A DNA stretch of 64,000 bases from Andalucia godoyi And28. Its lineage: Eukaryota > Protista > Jakobida. The position numbers and the translations under genes are program-made. The stretch is from NCBI GenBank assembly GCA_009859145.1, contig VRVR01000002.1, positions 62,001-126,000 on the forward strand, given 5' to 3'. Positions 38,861 through 49,031 of the stretch are shown here, in pieces; the stretch's first letter is position 1; each line of letters begins with the position of its first letter. Under the pieces are notes generated by a model, which saw only the letters and a list, made by a program, of their open reading frames with translations, did no database searches and had not been told where the DNA came from.

Positions 38861-40372
38861 ATGTCGATAGATCCGTCGACCGTCGACACGCATGCGCCGA
38901 TTTCATATGCTCATGATCCAAACTTGGGCTTCACGGCAAGCGAAGACGACCATGACGCTGTGGCTTCGCATCAGAAATGGCTTGATTCGTATTATAAGAC
39001 TCTTCCGAGTTTGCGAAAACGCTGGCGATGGGCACTCAAAGGAACGAATCACTATGTAGACTATGCCAAATTAAGTCCGCGCACAGAAGTATGCTTCTCG
39101 TCCGCAGATGAAAAGATCATTTTGGAGCGAATTGCATCTGGAAAAAGAAGTTATAAGCAGCTCAAAACTCTATGCAAAGCTGGAGTCCCGCACGATCTGC
39201 GAGGACTTTGGTGGTACTACTCCTCCGGTGCGTACCAGCGTCATGCAGAATCTCCGCACTATTATCAGTATTGCATTTCGCTTTTTGAAAAACACCCACA
39301 GGCAAAGGCGTCCATTGTTAGAGATGTGGATCGAACGTTTCCGGATCATCCGTTCTTCAAGACAATCCGCGAGCATGTGCCTTCTTGCACCGTGAATAGT
39401 GCGCCGAAGCATGCAGCTGGAGATGAAAACAGAAATGGGAATGGGAATGGAGACTGCGTGACGCTTCATGAAAATGGAACGTGCCCCGATCATCTTGGCA
39501 ATGGTGGCACCGAGTCTGCACAGAGTACGCAGCAGACATTCGGTACCGAACACGATATCAGTGACGGGAATGACGGCGACGCGATCATAGAGAGGATTCC
39601 ACGAGGCCAACTATTGCTGCAGAATGTGCTTGGTGCGTATTCGAACCACAATGCAGCAGTTGGGTACTGTCAATCGCTGAATTTTCTGGCGGGTGTGTTG
39701 TTGCTGGCAATGGAGGAGGAGCGGGCGTTTTGGACGCTGGTGTCGCTGCTCGAAGAGCGGTTTCCAGACCACGCATTCGGAAAAGATCTCTTTGGACTCC
39801 GCGTGCAGCAAAATGCGTTGCACCAGATGCTTGCGGATTTTGAACCTCACATCTATCGGTTCTTATCCAGGGCCCACATGGACACTGCAATGTTTACCAC
39901 GGGATGGTTTTTGTGTGCGTATCTGAATGTGTTACCCGTGTCATCCGTGCTCCGAATATGGGATCTTTTTGTGTTTCAAGGGTCGAAAATCATATTCAGG
40001 GTTGCGTTGGCGTTGTTTCGAAGAGCCGAGCCCGAAATCATGCGCATCAAGAGGCAAAAGAAACAAGAAGACAAGGAAGCTCGTAAGACTGCCAAAGGTG
40101 CACAGAGAGATATGGATGATGATTTGGATGCAATTCCGTCCTCGTTCTACGTCGGGGAGGTCCTTATGATTATGCGCAACTTGTGTGCTGCCACCTACGA
40201 TGTCGAAACTGTTTTGGCGCACGCGTTGACGGATTACAGATCGCTGAGCAAAAAGGCGGTTGCCCAGTATATGAAAACATCCGGCATGATTGTTGCTGCG
40301 GATGATGAGCGGAAACTCGCACTGCGCAGATCTCAGTCAAATTCCTCGTCAGGTTCTGGGGCCACTCCGTAG
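38861..40372 (+). CDS. TBC-domain Rab GAP (GRTP1/TBC1D2-like subfamily uncertain)
   Basis: GVPHDLRGLWW, IVRDVDRTFP, VGYCQSLNFLAG, WFLCAY and LRIWD. Confidence 0.9.
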   Translation: MSIDPSTVDTHAPISYAHDPNLGFTASEDDHDAVASHQKWLDSYYKTLPSLRKRWRWALKGTNHYVDYAKLSPRTEVCFSSADEKIILERIASGKRSYKQLKTLCKAGVPHDLRGLWWYYSSGAYQRHAESPHYYQYCISLFEKHPQAKASIVRDVDRTFPDHPFFKTIREHVPSCTVNSAPKHAAGDENRNGNGNGDCVTLHENGTCPDHLGNGGTESAQSTQQTFGTEHDISDGNDGDAIIERIPRGQLLLQNVLGAYSNHNAAVGYCQSLNFLAGVLLLAMEEERAFWTLVSLLEERFPDHAFGKDLFGLRVQQNALHQMLADFEPHIYRFLSRAHMDTAMFTTGWFLCAYLNVLPVSSVLRIWDLFVFQGSKIIFRVALALFRRAEPEIMRIKRQKKQEDKEARKTAKGAQRDMDDDLDAIPSSFYVGEVLMIMRNLCAATYDVETVLAHALTDYRSLSKKAVAQYMKTSGMIVAADDERKLALRRSQSNSSSGSGATP

Positions 40373-40638
40373 CACGGATGAGTTGTGTTTCATTCTGATT
40401 TTGGTTTCTGGACCCACAAAATGATATTTCCTGTACAGTTCCTGAATCGCTGGCTTGTTTTTTCAGACTCTCCTTTATTCATCTTCGTCTTCGTCTTCCT
40501 TTTCTTTTTCTGTTCGTTTCGTTTACCTGCACGCTTTGAAAAGCGATGCCGCATTTTCCCGCACCATGGGTGATGAATGCAGAGAGCACACGCACACACA
40601 CGCAGCAACGTACATACATTTCTCCGAAGTCGCTGGTC

Positions 40639-43600
40639 TCAGCCACGGGAATTCGAATGCGCGCGCCGACGGTAGGTAGCGGGGGGCTGTCGTGGAGCAG
40701 CAGGAACCATGCTATTGGTGGTGATCATTCTTGCACTGAGCGAACCACGCTCAGGAACATCTGGAGTTGCTGGAGGTACAGGCCTCCAAGGAGCGATTAC
40801 GATCTTGTCAATATTCATCTGCGTCACCGGTCGAGCGGACACTCCAGCCTTTCCTCCAGTCGTCGACAATGAGGCAGACGAGTTGCCATTTCGGCTGGAC
40901 AAGACGCTCATGATCATTGACGATGCGGCCGAAGACGACTGCGGCAGCTTGCCATCCACAGCAGCAGCAGACACGGGCTTTACCACATCCTGCCCTCCTC
41001 CCGGCACGCCATTCTCGGACTGATCAATTCTTTCCAAACTGGCCAGCAAATCAGGGTTGTCTTTCAGAACCGATCGGATAGACCGTGTGGAAACGTCATA
41101 GATGGACAAGGACGAAATGCTTCTTGACTGACGAGGGCTTGCCAATAGACTCTGTTGTTGCTGAATTTGAGCTTTTTTCACCTCCAGACCACGGATGGCA
41201 ACGTTGTTCGCCCGTTCGCGATCAATGTCGTCTCCGCTTGTAAGGAGCTGACTGTCTCCGAATGGAGCGCTATCGATATACTTGCGCGTGGGAGATAAAG
41301 AAAACGTTGGTAACGACATTCTGATGTTGTAAAGGTCCATTAAATTTCGGGCGCCTGCCCTCTCAAATTGCTTGACTGCGTCGTCGGATGGTGCTGCAGC
41401 ACGGCCGGCGTAACCATCGTGATCAAGCGATCCTGCGTTTTCCGCGGACTTGGAAACGCTAGTCCGCACCACAACTTCGGCAATACTTGGTCCAGAGGGC
41501 GCATTCGTACTCGGCGAGATCGGCGAACTCTTGCTGGGTGCAATTTGCAGAAAGGAAAGTTCATCAAGCCCCGCAGGTGTATCCGTCCTCGAATGTGCTG
41601 CGTGTTGCCGTGAAGGTTGCTTTGGCACCACGGAAGCCGAGGCCGCAGGGTGCTGTTCGGAAGGGCCAGCGCTCATAGCCACCACTGCTGGAACCGCCGC
41701 GGTAGCGTTCTTGTCGCACAAGCCTGATGACGAAGGAGCACTGGACGATCGGGATGTTTGATCCTGCACTCGGAGAGCCGCACGTTCAGTCGATGACGGG
41801 AAAGGAACAGCGTTAAGTTCCCATGAGTTTCTCGGAAATGAAGCGCATGAAACCGTGCCTGCTGAAGGAGAAAATGCAGCTCCCTCTGCATCTTCAATCT
41901 CTTTTCCAAAATACGTAGAAGGATGAAAGCTCGCTGATTTGGGCCGTGAAGATCGGCTTGTGGCAGACAATGGTCGCCCTGCTGAAGTTGGACGACTGCC
42001 GGCTGCAGATCCAGCGTTTGCAGGCGAATTCGCTGCTGATCGGTCAGCTGCAATACCCGTGATGTGCAATGGAGCCAGCATTTCTCCACTTTCGAGAAGC
42101 TGCATAGAATGCTGCACTGCCCGACGAATCTTCAAGATATCCTTGCGATTCTCTTCCACTTTTCGGTGAATTTCCATGACTGTGTCGTACATCCCCGAAT
42201 TGATGTATTCAACAACCTTGTACAAGAAGAACGCCCAATCATCCTTCTTTTCGCTTTGCGGTATAATGTCTGATAGTGACAGTCCGCGAGAGGCAAGCAG
42301 GGTTGAGAGAGAATCGATGCGCTCGACTTGCAGCGGCTGGACTGGCACAACCTGGGAAGTCGACGGTACAGCAGCGGCAACTGTTCCTGGCTTGGCGGTC
42401 GCGGAGGGAGGACGCTTGGTCTTCTTTGCATAGTCAAAACCACTGCCAGCAGTAGTAGCATGAACGTCACTGCCGTCAACCAATGACCCCTCCAGATTGC
42501 CCGACGAAGAAACGCTCTGCATCACGGCCTGTGGACCTGCTTTTCGGTTCGAGATGTTGGTTGCATGCACCATATCTGTCAAAAACTTGTTCAAGGAGTT
42601 TTGATGAATGCCGTTCCACACGGCAAGACGTCGCGCATGCCGCTCCCGAAGACTCGTCCATTTCTTATTCATTGTCTCGTAGTAGAATCTGGCAGAGAAT
42701 GACGGCTTCGGATGCCGCTTTCGACGGCGCACACGCGCAGCCGATGCAGAAGAAGAAGACGGCACTCGTGTTGAGTCTAACTTCATGGAAGCGTCACCTT
42801 CAGAGTCCGACGACTCCAATTCCTCCAATTCCTCCAATTCCTCCTCCTCGTTGCTGCCCTCCTCCAGCTGCTGGAGATGGACGTGGTGCTGGTGCTGCGA
42901 TTCTTCATCAGTCACAACCGCATCCTCGCCATTTACAAGGGGCGCTGCGGGGGTACCGTCCTCCGACTCTTTCAACGCTCTGTCGCACCGCTCCTGGAGA
43001 ACGCGCAGCTTCACCTTTTCCATCAAGTTCTGCCAAAGGAGGTATGCTTTTTCGCGCATGATCTTGCGATCGTACGTCCGATATCGCAAAGCAGAATCCG
43101 AGAAATCCTTCTCAAGCGCCGGGTTGGTCACCGGACGATAGTAAGGTAGCACAGTCATTGCACCCTGTATACTTGCGTCCGAATCTGGATCAAATCGATC
43201 ATAAAACGAGCGCTTGGAGTCTGCCTTCTCCCTCTTTTTCTTTTCTTCTTTTTCGACTTTCTCTTGCTCCACATCAAGAATTGATTCCTTGATCGCCTCG
43301 AGATCTTCATTCTTTTGCCGAATCTGTTCAAGGACATTGTCGAGATTCTTCCTGGCCTCCTCCTCCTCCTTTGCAAACCGCACCAGCATGGATTTCCTTC
43401 TGCTTTCAATGACGGAATCCATTTCCATTTGAATGCGTCTCGGAACAGCTTGGAGCTCTTCAAGCATGTCTCGGAGGTCCTTTGCTGCATCCTGCGCAGC
43501 CAGCGTAAGCATTCGCGCTTCCTTCTTCAGGGCCTCCACTAACAGCCTTTGTTTCTCAACCTCGCCGCTGCTGGAACCTCGCAAAACCGCAACTTGCTCC

Positions 43601-44613
43601 TCAAGACCTGATATTTTCTGATACAGTTCTGTCGACCTTATAGCCTGTTCTGTTCGAATGTCGCCAAGACGCTTTTCCAGCTCCGCGATCCTCTTTTGTC
43701 GATTCGCAATGTCCTGATCTTTCTCCCGAACCAGCTGCTTCTGCTTGACAATGACGTCCAGCAATTGGTAGTGCATAACAAACTCTGTCTTGACGGCTCC
43801 CGGAACCTCACTCAGCATTTTTCGATTATTCGCCAGCTCCAAATGCGTGTGTGAGGCATAGGAAAGGTTGTCAAACAGCTCCTGGCGGTAGGATGAGAGT
43901 CTGTCAATCACATCGTTCATATTCTCGACAGCGGAGTCACTGACGTCGACCGCCCCGTCCGCTTCCGAGTTCACAGGAAGTTCTTCGCTTCTCCGAGCCT
44001 TGTTTGTCCAGCTTGATAGAGTGGCGTACAGGTCGTTTCGCTCTTCAAGAGACTGTGAATGTCGTTCCATCGCAGCCTGCGTCTTCACTTTTGACACCAT
44101 AAATTCATCATCCAGTGACGCGCCGTTCAGCAGAACATCGGAGACTGACGACATTCCAAGCACCCGAATGACTGAACAGTGGGGCGGATGGTTCGACAAG
44201 TCTGCAGTCCAGCATTCACGATTGCAGTATCGTACGCAATGACAATCAGAGCACATACGCTCTTCCTTGTTGGTCACGGACGTCCCCGTCTGCAAGTCCA
44301 GTTTCTTCATACAATGTTCGCAAAACGAGTGCTTACTTGCCTGTAGTGCAAACGAAACAGAAAGAAGACGATTATCTGTTCCGTACTTTGGATACATTAA
44401 AATATTGTTTTTCATCCGACGATTTTGTTTCAGAAACAGCGACTCGGCCTCCACTGCGCCCGTGACATGTGCTCTTTTTTCACGAACAAGACCCACTCGC
44501 AATGCCTGAAACAAGATTTCAGGAGGATCCACATCCTTCACCGCCTCCTCTGCAGCATCATACACCGCGATCAAGCCACCATCCGCAGCAGACGCCGACA
44601 CATAACTGGTCAT
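40639..44613 (-). CDS. Large MYND zinc-finger / coiled-coil protein with Ser-rich C-terminus
   Basis: FCEHC...CSDCHCVRYCNRECWTADLSNHPPHC (zf-MYND), followed by heptad-rich and low-complexity regions. Confidence 0.8.
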   Translation of the reverse strand: MTSYVSASAADGGLIAVYDAAEEAVKDVDPPEILFQALRVGLVREKRAHVTGAVEAESLFLKQNRRMKNNILMYPKYGTDNRLLSVSFALQASKHSFCEHCMKKLDLQTGTSVTNKEERMCSDCHCVRYCNRECWTADLSNHPPHCSVIRVLGMSSVSDVLLNGASLDDEFMVSKVKTQAAMERHSQSLEERNDLYATLSSWTNKARRSEELPVNSEADGAVDVSDSAVENMNDVIDRLSSYRQELFDNLSYASHTHLELANNRKMLSEVPGAVKTEFVMHYQLLDVIVKQKQLVREKDQDIANRQKRIAELEKRLGDIRTEQAIRSTELYQKISGLEEQVAVLRGSSSGEVEKQRLLVEALKKEARMLTLAAQDAAKDLRDMLEELQAVPRRIQMEMDSVIESRRKSMLVRFAKEEEEARKNLDNVLEQIRQKNEDLEAIKESILDVEQEKVEKEEKKKREKADSKRSFYDRFDPDSDASIQGAMTVLPYYRPVTNPALEKDFSDSALRYRTYDRKIMREKAYLLWQNLMEKVKLRVLQERCDRALKESEDGTPAAPLVNGEDAVVTDEESQHQHHVHLQQLEEGSNEEEELEELEELESSDSEGDASMKLDSTRVPSSSSASAARVRRRKRHPKPSFSARFYYETMNKKWTSLRERHARRLAVWNGIHQNSLNKFLTDMVHATNISNRKAGPQAVMQSVSSSGNLEGSLVDGSDVHATTAGSGFDYAKKTKRPPSATAKPGTVAAAVPSTSQVVPVQPLQVERIDSLSTLLASRGLSLSDIIPQSEKKDDWAFFLYKVVEYINSGMYDTVMEIHRKVEENRKDILKIRRAVQHSMQLLESGEMLAPLHITGIAADRSAANSPANAGSAAGSRPTSAGRPLSATSRSSRPKSASFHPSTYFGKEIEDAEGAAFSPSAGTVSCASFPRNSWELNAVPFPSSTERAALRVQDQTSRSSSAPSSSGLCDKNATAAVPAVVAMSAGPSEQHPAASASVVPKQPSRQHAAHSRTDTPAGLDELSFLQIAPSKSSPISPSTNAPSGPSIAEVVVRTSVSKSAENAGSLDHDGYAGRAAAPSDDAVKQFERAGARNLMDLYNIRMSLPTFSLSPTRKYIDSAPFGDSQLLTSGDDIDRERANNVAIRGLEVKKAQIQQQQSLLASPRQSRSISSLSIYDVSTRSIRSVLKDNPDLLASLERIDQSENGVPGGGQDVVKPVSAAAVDGKLPQSSSAASSMIMSVLSSRNGNSSASLSTTGGKAGVSARPVTQMNIDKIVIAPWRPVPPATPDVPERGSLSARMITTNSMVPAAPRQPPATYRRRAHSNSRG

Positions 44614-44647
44614 TCGCAGCAAAAGAAACCCCCAACTCGTCCAAAAC

Positions 44648-44650
<3 letters not shown>

Positions 44651-44693
<43 letters not shown>

Positions 44694-44699
44694 GAGAGA
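44651..44699. repeat. (GA)n microsatellite just upstream of the MYND gene ATG
   Basis: Directly visible. Confidence 0.95.
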
Positions 44700-45613
44700 T
44701 TTACAGCAAAAAAAGAAAAGTCAAAGTAAAATTAAATTAAACTAAAAAGTAAAATATCGATGAAAGATCAGTCAAGATACCAAAAACAAAAACAAAAAAA
44801 CACGAGCAGCGAATTGCAGATGACTGCTGGGATAGATGCTTTGGTTTCGTTTCGTTTCGTTTCGACTCCGACTCCGAGTTGTGCCTGCGAAATTATTTCA
44901 TCCCTTTTTGCGTAAATTCTCAGACAAGACAAAAACGGTGGGTGGGACGATTAAAAACCTGTGTCGCAGAAAGACTAACAGCAATCACAGAGAAAAATTC
45001 CCCAAAAAGTTCAGCATCGTGTTTGAAGGGGAAAAACGTTTGTTGCAAAAACAACAGATCCCCAAGAAGATCCGGCAGAGGATGATACGATACGATAGCA
45101 AAACCACATGATGTTTTTTTTACAACAGCAATCCACCACGAAAGCAACAACAAGAATAACAACAACAGCAACAAGAAACGACTCGAAAAAAGAAATGAAA
45201 AATGGAGAGAGCAACATAAACATTCACAACAAACACTTCAAAAAGGCACGCTCAACGAGTGTACATACATACAGGTGCATGCAGGACATCATCATCATGA
45301 ACCCCAACAGGAACCCTCCCTCTCAGCAAGCACGAGCACATACAAGGCAAAGCAAGGGCAGATGAGGTGGGCCACTCAGAGAGAAAGGGTGGATTTTTGA
45401 TTTGCAAGAAGGTTCAGGACGAAAAGGAAGAAAGGACATCGAAGCAGCTGGAATGAAAGGACACGTTAATTAAATATTAAAAAAACTCCTCGTTATTTTC
45501 ACTGCTATTCTTCAGTTCTTTTTTTTTCTTTTTTTTCTGCGTTCTTTCCAGTCTTGCTTGTTTGACACTTTTCCCTTCTTATTTCCTTCCTTCCTTTTTT
45601 TTTTTTTGGCTTC

Positions 45614-47287
45614 TTACATGTCCTTGCTCTCCTTGACGTTCTGCAGAGTGGACTCTCCAGTGTATGTAAAGTCGTCAAAGTTGGGGTTTTCGTTTCTTTC
45701 ACGAGACTCGCATACGGAGTCCGCTGCACGTTCGGATGTGAACTCAGTGTCAAAGTACTGGGCCTTTTCGGCGGCCGACTTTGACGGGACAAACGGAGCA
45801 GTGAGTTTCTTCGAAAGCATCGAGTCCCAGTTGATCGCGGCAAAGAACGGATGTTGGCGGAGTTCTTCTCCATCGGAAGGGCCAGAGCCCGTTCGCTTTG
45901 CAGGGTCTCTGTCCAGAAGGCCTTTCAGCAGGGATCGTGCAGAGGGTGAGACATAGTCGGGGAACTTGAGGGGTGCCCGGAGAATGAGCTCATACATTTC
46001 GTTGATGTTCTCAGAGTAGAAAGGAGGTAGACCCGTAAGCATCTCATACAAGAGGACGCCAAGCGACCACCAATCGACGGCCTTGTTGTGTCCCGAGCCA
46101 GTGAGAATCTCGGGTGCTAGGTACTCGGGTGTCCCACAGAACGTGTACGTGGGAGTCGAAGAGTTGAGTGCTACTTTTGCCAGACCGAAATCGGTGAGTG
46201 CAATGTGACCCATTTCATCCAGCACGATGTTCTCTGGCTTGAGATCTCTGTAGATGATGTTCGTCTTGTGAAGATGCTCGATTGCGAGTGCAATTTCTGC
46301 AGTGTAGAATCGAGCACGGTCTTCAGAAAACCGCCCCTCCCGCTTCAGGTGGAAAAAGAGCTCGCCGCCCGACAGATAGTCCAAAATCAGATACAACTTA
46401 TCTTCCGTCTGGAACGCATATCGGAGATTCACAATGAACGGATGGTTAATCATTTGCAGAATCGACTTCTCCATCTTAGTATGACCCACCATGTTTTCCT
46501 TGACAATCACGTCCTTCTTCAGCACCTTCATCGCATAGATCTTTCCATCGTCCTTCTTGCGCACCTGCATCACCTTTCCGAATGAACCGCGGCCAATCAC
46601 GCGCAGCAAATCAAAGTCCTCCACACCAATCTTCTTTGGCGCGGGAGCATTGCCAACCTGCATGGGAGTGCTTGTGGAGTTTCCGCTGCTCTTGGGCTTT
46701 GCATCCTCGTCGTCTTCATCGTCCTGGATCGCAAGATGTGCGTTTGGATCATCTGCAGCGATCTTCACTGCCTTGCGGATTGCCTCCATCCAATCCTCAA
46801 TCTTCTCATCGCCGTCAACCATGATGTGGTACACTCGCGGGAACGGTCCAGAAATCGTAAACCCGCCCTTCGTCTTTGTCTGGTCCTCGGGAGCCACGGA
46901 GCACCCCACAAGAGGAATCATACCAGCAGGCTTTGCATCCTTTGGAGACCGGAAATAGTACAGAAATCCGCCACGAAGCTCAAACCACCGCTTCTTGTAC
47001 GACGTGAATCGACCGCCTTGTTTTTTTAACCAACCACCCTTGTCTGCTGCGCCAGCTCGAGTCACAATCTGCAAGCCACACCACAAACCAAAGCAGAAAA
47101 ACAACAAACAAAAACATTCAAAGGAATCGTAGTTTCCAGAATTGGAGGGAGATGGAGAAAAACATAATGAAGGAGGGAACAATCAACATTAGAACAAAAG
47201 GATTCCCAAAATCACAAACAGGCAAACAACGAAAGAAAAAAAAAAAGGAGGTGGTGACAAGCGAGATGTACATACCGTATCTGACAT
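45614..47287 (-). CDS. AKT: PH-domain AGC kinase, Akt/PKB-like, complement join(45614..47068,47276..47287)
   Basis: PH domain (KGGWLKKQGG, YKKRWF), kinase GRGSFGKV, YRDLKPEN, DFG and TFCGTPEYLAPE, hydrophobic motif FDDFTY. A 12-nt first exon (MSDT) precedes the GTATGT intron 47275-47069. Confidence 0.88.
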
Positions 47288-48138
47288 TTTTGAAAAAACA
47301 AGAAGCTTTAAACAACAACAGTAATAATAACAACAACAACAATAAGAGCAACAATAATAACAAAATAAAAAGAGAGAAGACAACAGGGAAAGGCGGCAAT
47401 CAAATGATCAAAAAAATAAAAAATTGGTAAAGAAGGCGCAAAAAAGAAACTCTGGGAGAAAAGTGATTTATTTATGCAAAGAGGTGGGGAAAAAAAGAGG
47501 GTGACATGGGGGATTGAGAAGATTGGGGTTGGGGGTGGGTAGGGGAAAAGAGTCAGGTTGAATGATGACTGTTGGGGAGGGGTGGGGGGCGATCAACCAA
47601 CAGACCTTTTCATAATTTTTTTGTCTTTGCTATTTTTTTATATCTATATATTTTTCGGTGCGGGGTGAGCTGGGGAGAGAATGGGGAGGGGTTTCAAGCG
47701 CTCTTTGTCTTCTCTCCAAGGTTTTTGAGCCGAAAAGCCGGGGTTTTCCTTATACCCTTCTGTTGGAATCCTCGGGGATTCGGTTGCGGTCCGTGCAAAA
47801 CTGGTTTCGTGAGGGTGCGTCCGTACACACACAGTCTGTGCAAGCATATTCAAGCAATATCCTCAGCTTTTGTGCCACTTTTGGTCGCACGGGAATCTTC
47901 CTTTTTTGGTTACTTGCAACAACTGTTTTTTTTTTTTTGCAATTCTTCCCATGCAATCGTTATTGTGCACTCGTGTGCCCCTGCCTATTTTTTTTTTACA
48001 GTTGTTTCGGGGAGGGGGCCTCCGTTAGTTTTTGTTCTTCTCGATCCATCCTTGTGTCGATTCTTCTTTGGATCCCTTTTCGTCTTGTGTTTCTTCTTCT
48101 TCTTCTTCTTGGTTTTTTTCAGCATCCGTAAAAAATAA

Positions 48139-48887
48139 ATGCGCGGTTCTAAAAAGGGCAGGGAAGAAGACCTGGGGGATTTTGAAGGTGGTGCTCAGGG
48201 CGAGTCCACCGATGGACATGCTGCCGCTGCTGCTTCGAAACCGTCGTCCAAACCTGCATCGATGCCTTTTCGCAATTCAAAGCTCAAGACCAACGACGAG
48301 GTCATCGATTTGGCGTCTCGAGCACGAGAGCGCGCAAATGAATTGATGAAAAACATGACTCCGGAACAGAAAGAGCGCTTCGAAGCTGCTCGATTTTCGT
48401 TTCTTGATTTCACAACGGTGCGCAAAATCGCAGAAACTGTTGTCGGGTATGTATCCTTTGATCCTCCGCTCCTCGCTTCTTCCATATGCTCAAAACACAC
48501 CGTGTTCCTGTTGCAGATCTCAGACCCGCGCACTAACGATAGCCTTTTTCATTTTCCATATGAATGCTGGCCTTTCTGCTTTCGTTTTTTAAAACTCTCT
48601 CTTTTTTTTTTTAAATGTAATTTTATTTCCATTATTATTTTGATGATTCAAAACCGTGGAACATCAACAACAGAGAAAAGATTAATGATGATGTTGCAAT
48701 GGCAATTGCAGGTGTTGCAAAATTGTATCTTGGCGATTTGATTGAACAGGCGCTTGAGGAACAAGAAGCAATCGCGGAAGAAGGCCCCCTTTCTCCGGAT
48801 GACGTTCGCGAAGCTTGGAAATCACTGCATCGACAAGGGCGCATCATCACCGAATTTCCTCGTCCTGCTCAGCGCTTCCGGAGATGA
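48139..48887 (+). CDS. TAF11: TFIID subunit TAF11 (histone fold), join(48139..48446,48674..48887)
   Basis: MTPEQKERFEAARFS, then INDDVAMAIAGVAKLYLGDLIEQA and GPLSPDDVREAW. The phase-2 GTATGT...CAG intron joins in frame. Confidence 0.85.
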
Positions 48888-49031
48888 TGATGTTACAGGG
48901 TATGCTGCAGGAGTGAGTATCACGAAGGGATGTGTGCAACTTACATTTATTTGTTTTTTGTTTTTTGTTGAAGGGGTCGTCTGTTTTTGCAGCTCGTTTT
49001 GGAGAGAATGTTGGAATTCGTTTGTGTTTTG

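Noticed and set aside
48451-48459. U12-type donor GTATCCTTT inside the TAF11 intron, and U12-like branch TCCTTAAC at 2740-2747 in the NGDN intron
   Set aside because: Neither has a matching partner signal in the same intron, and using them breaks the frame or needs a non-YAG acceptor; the GTATGT donors explain both genes.
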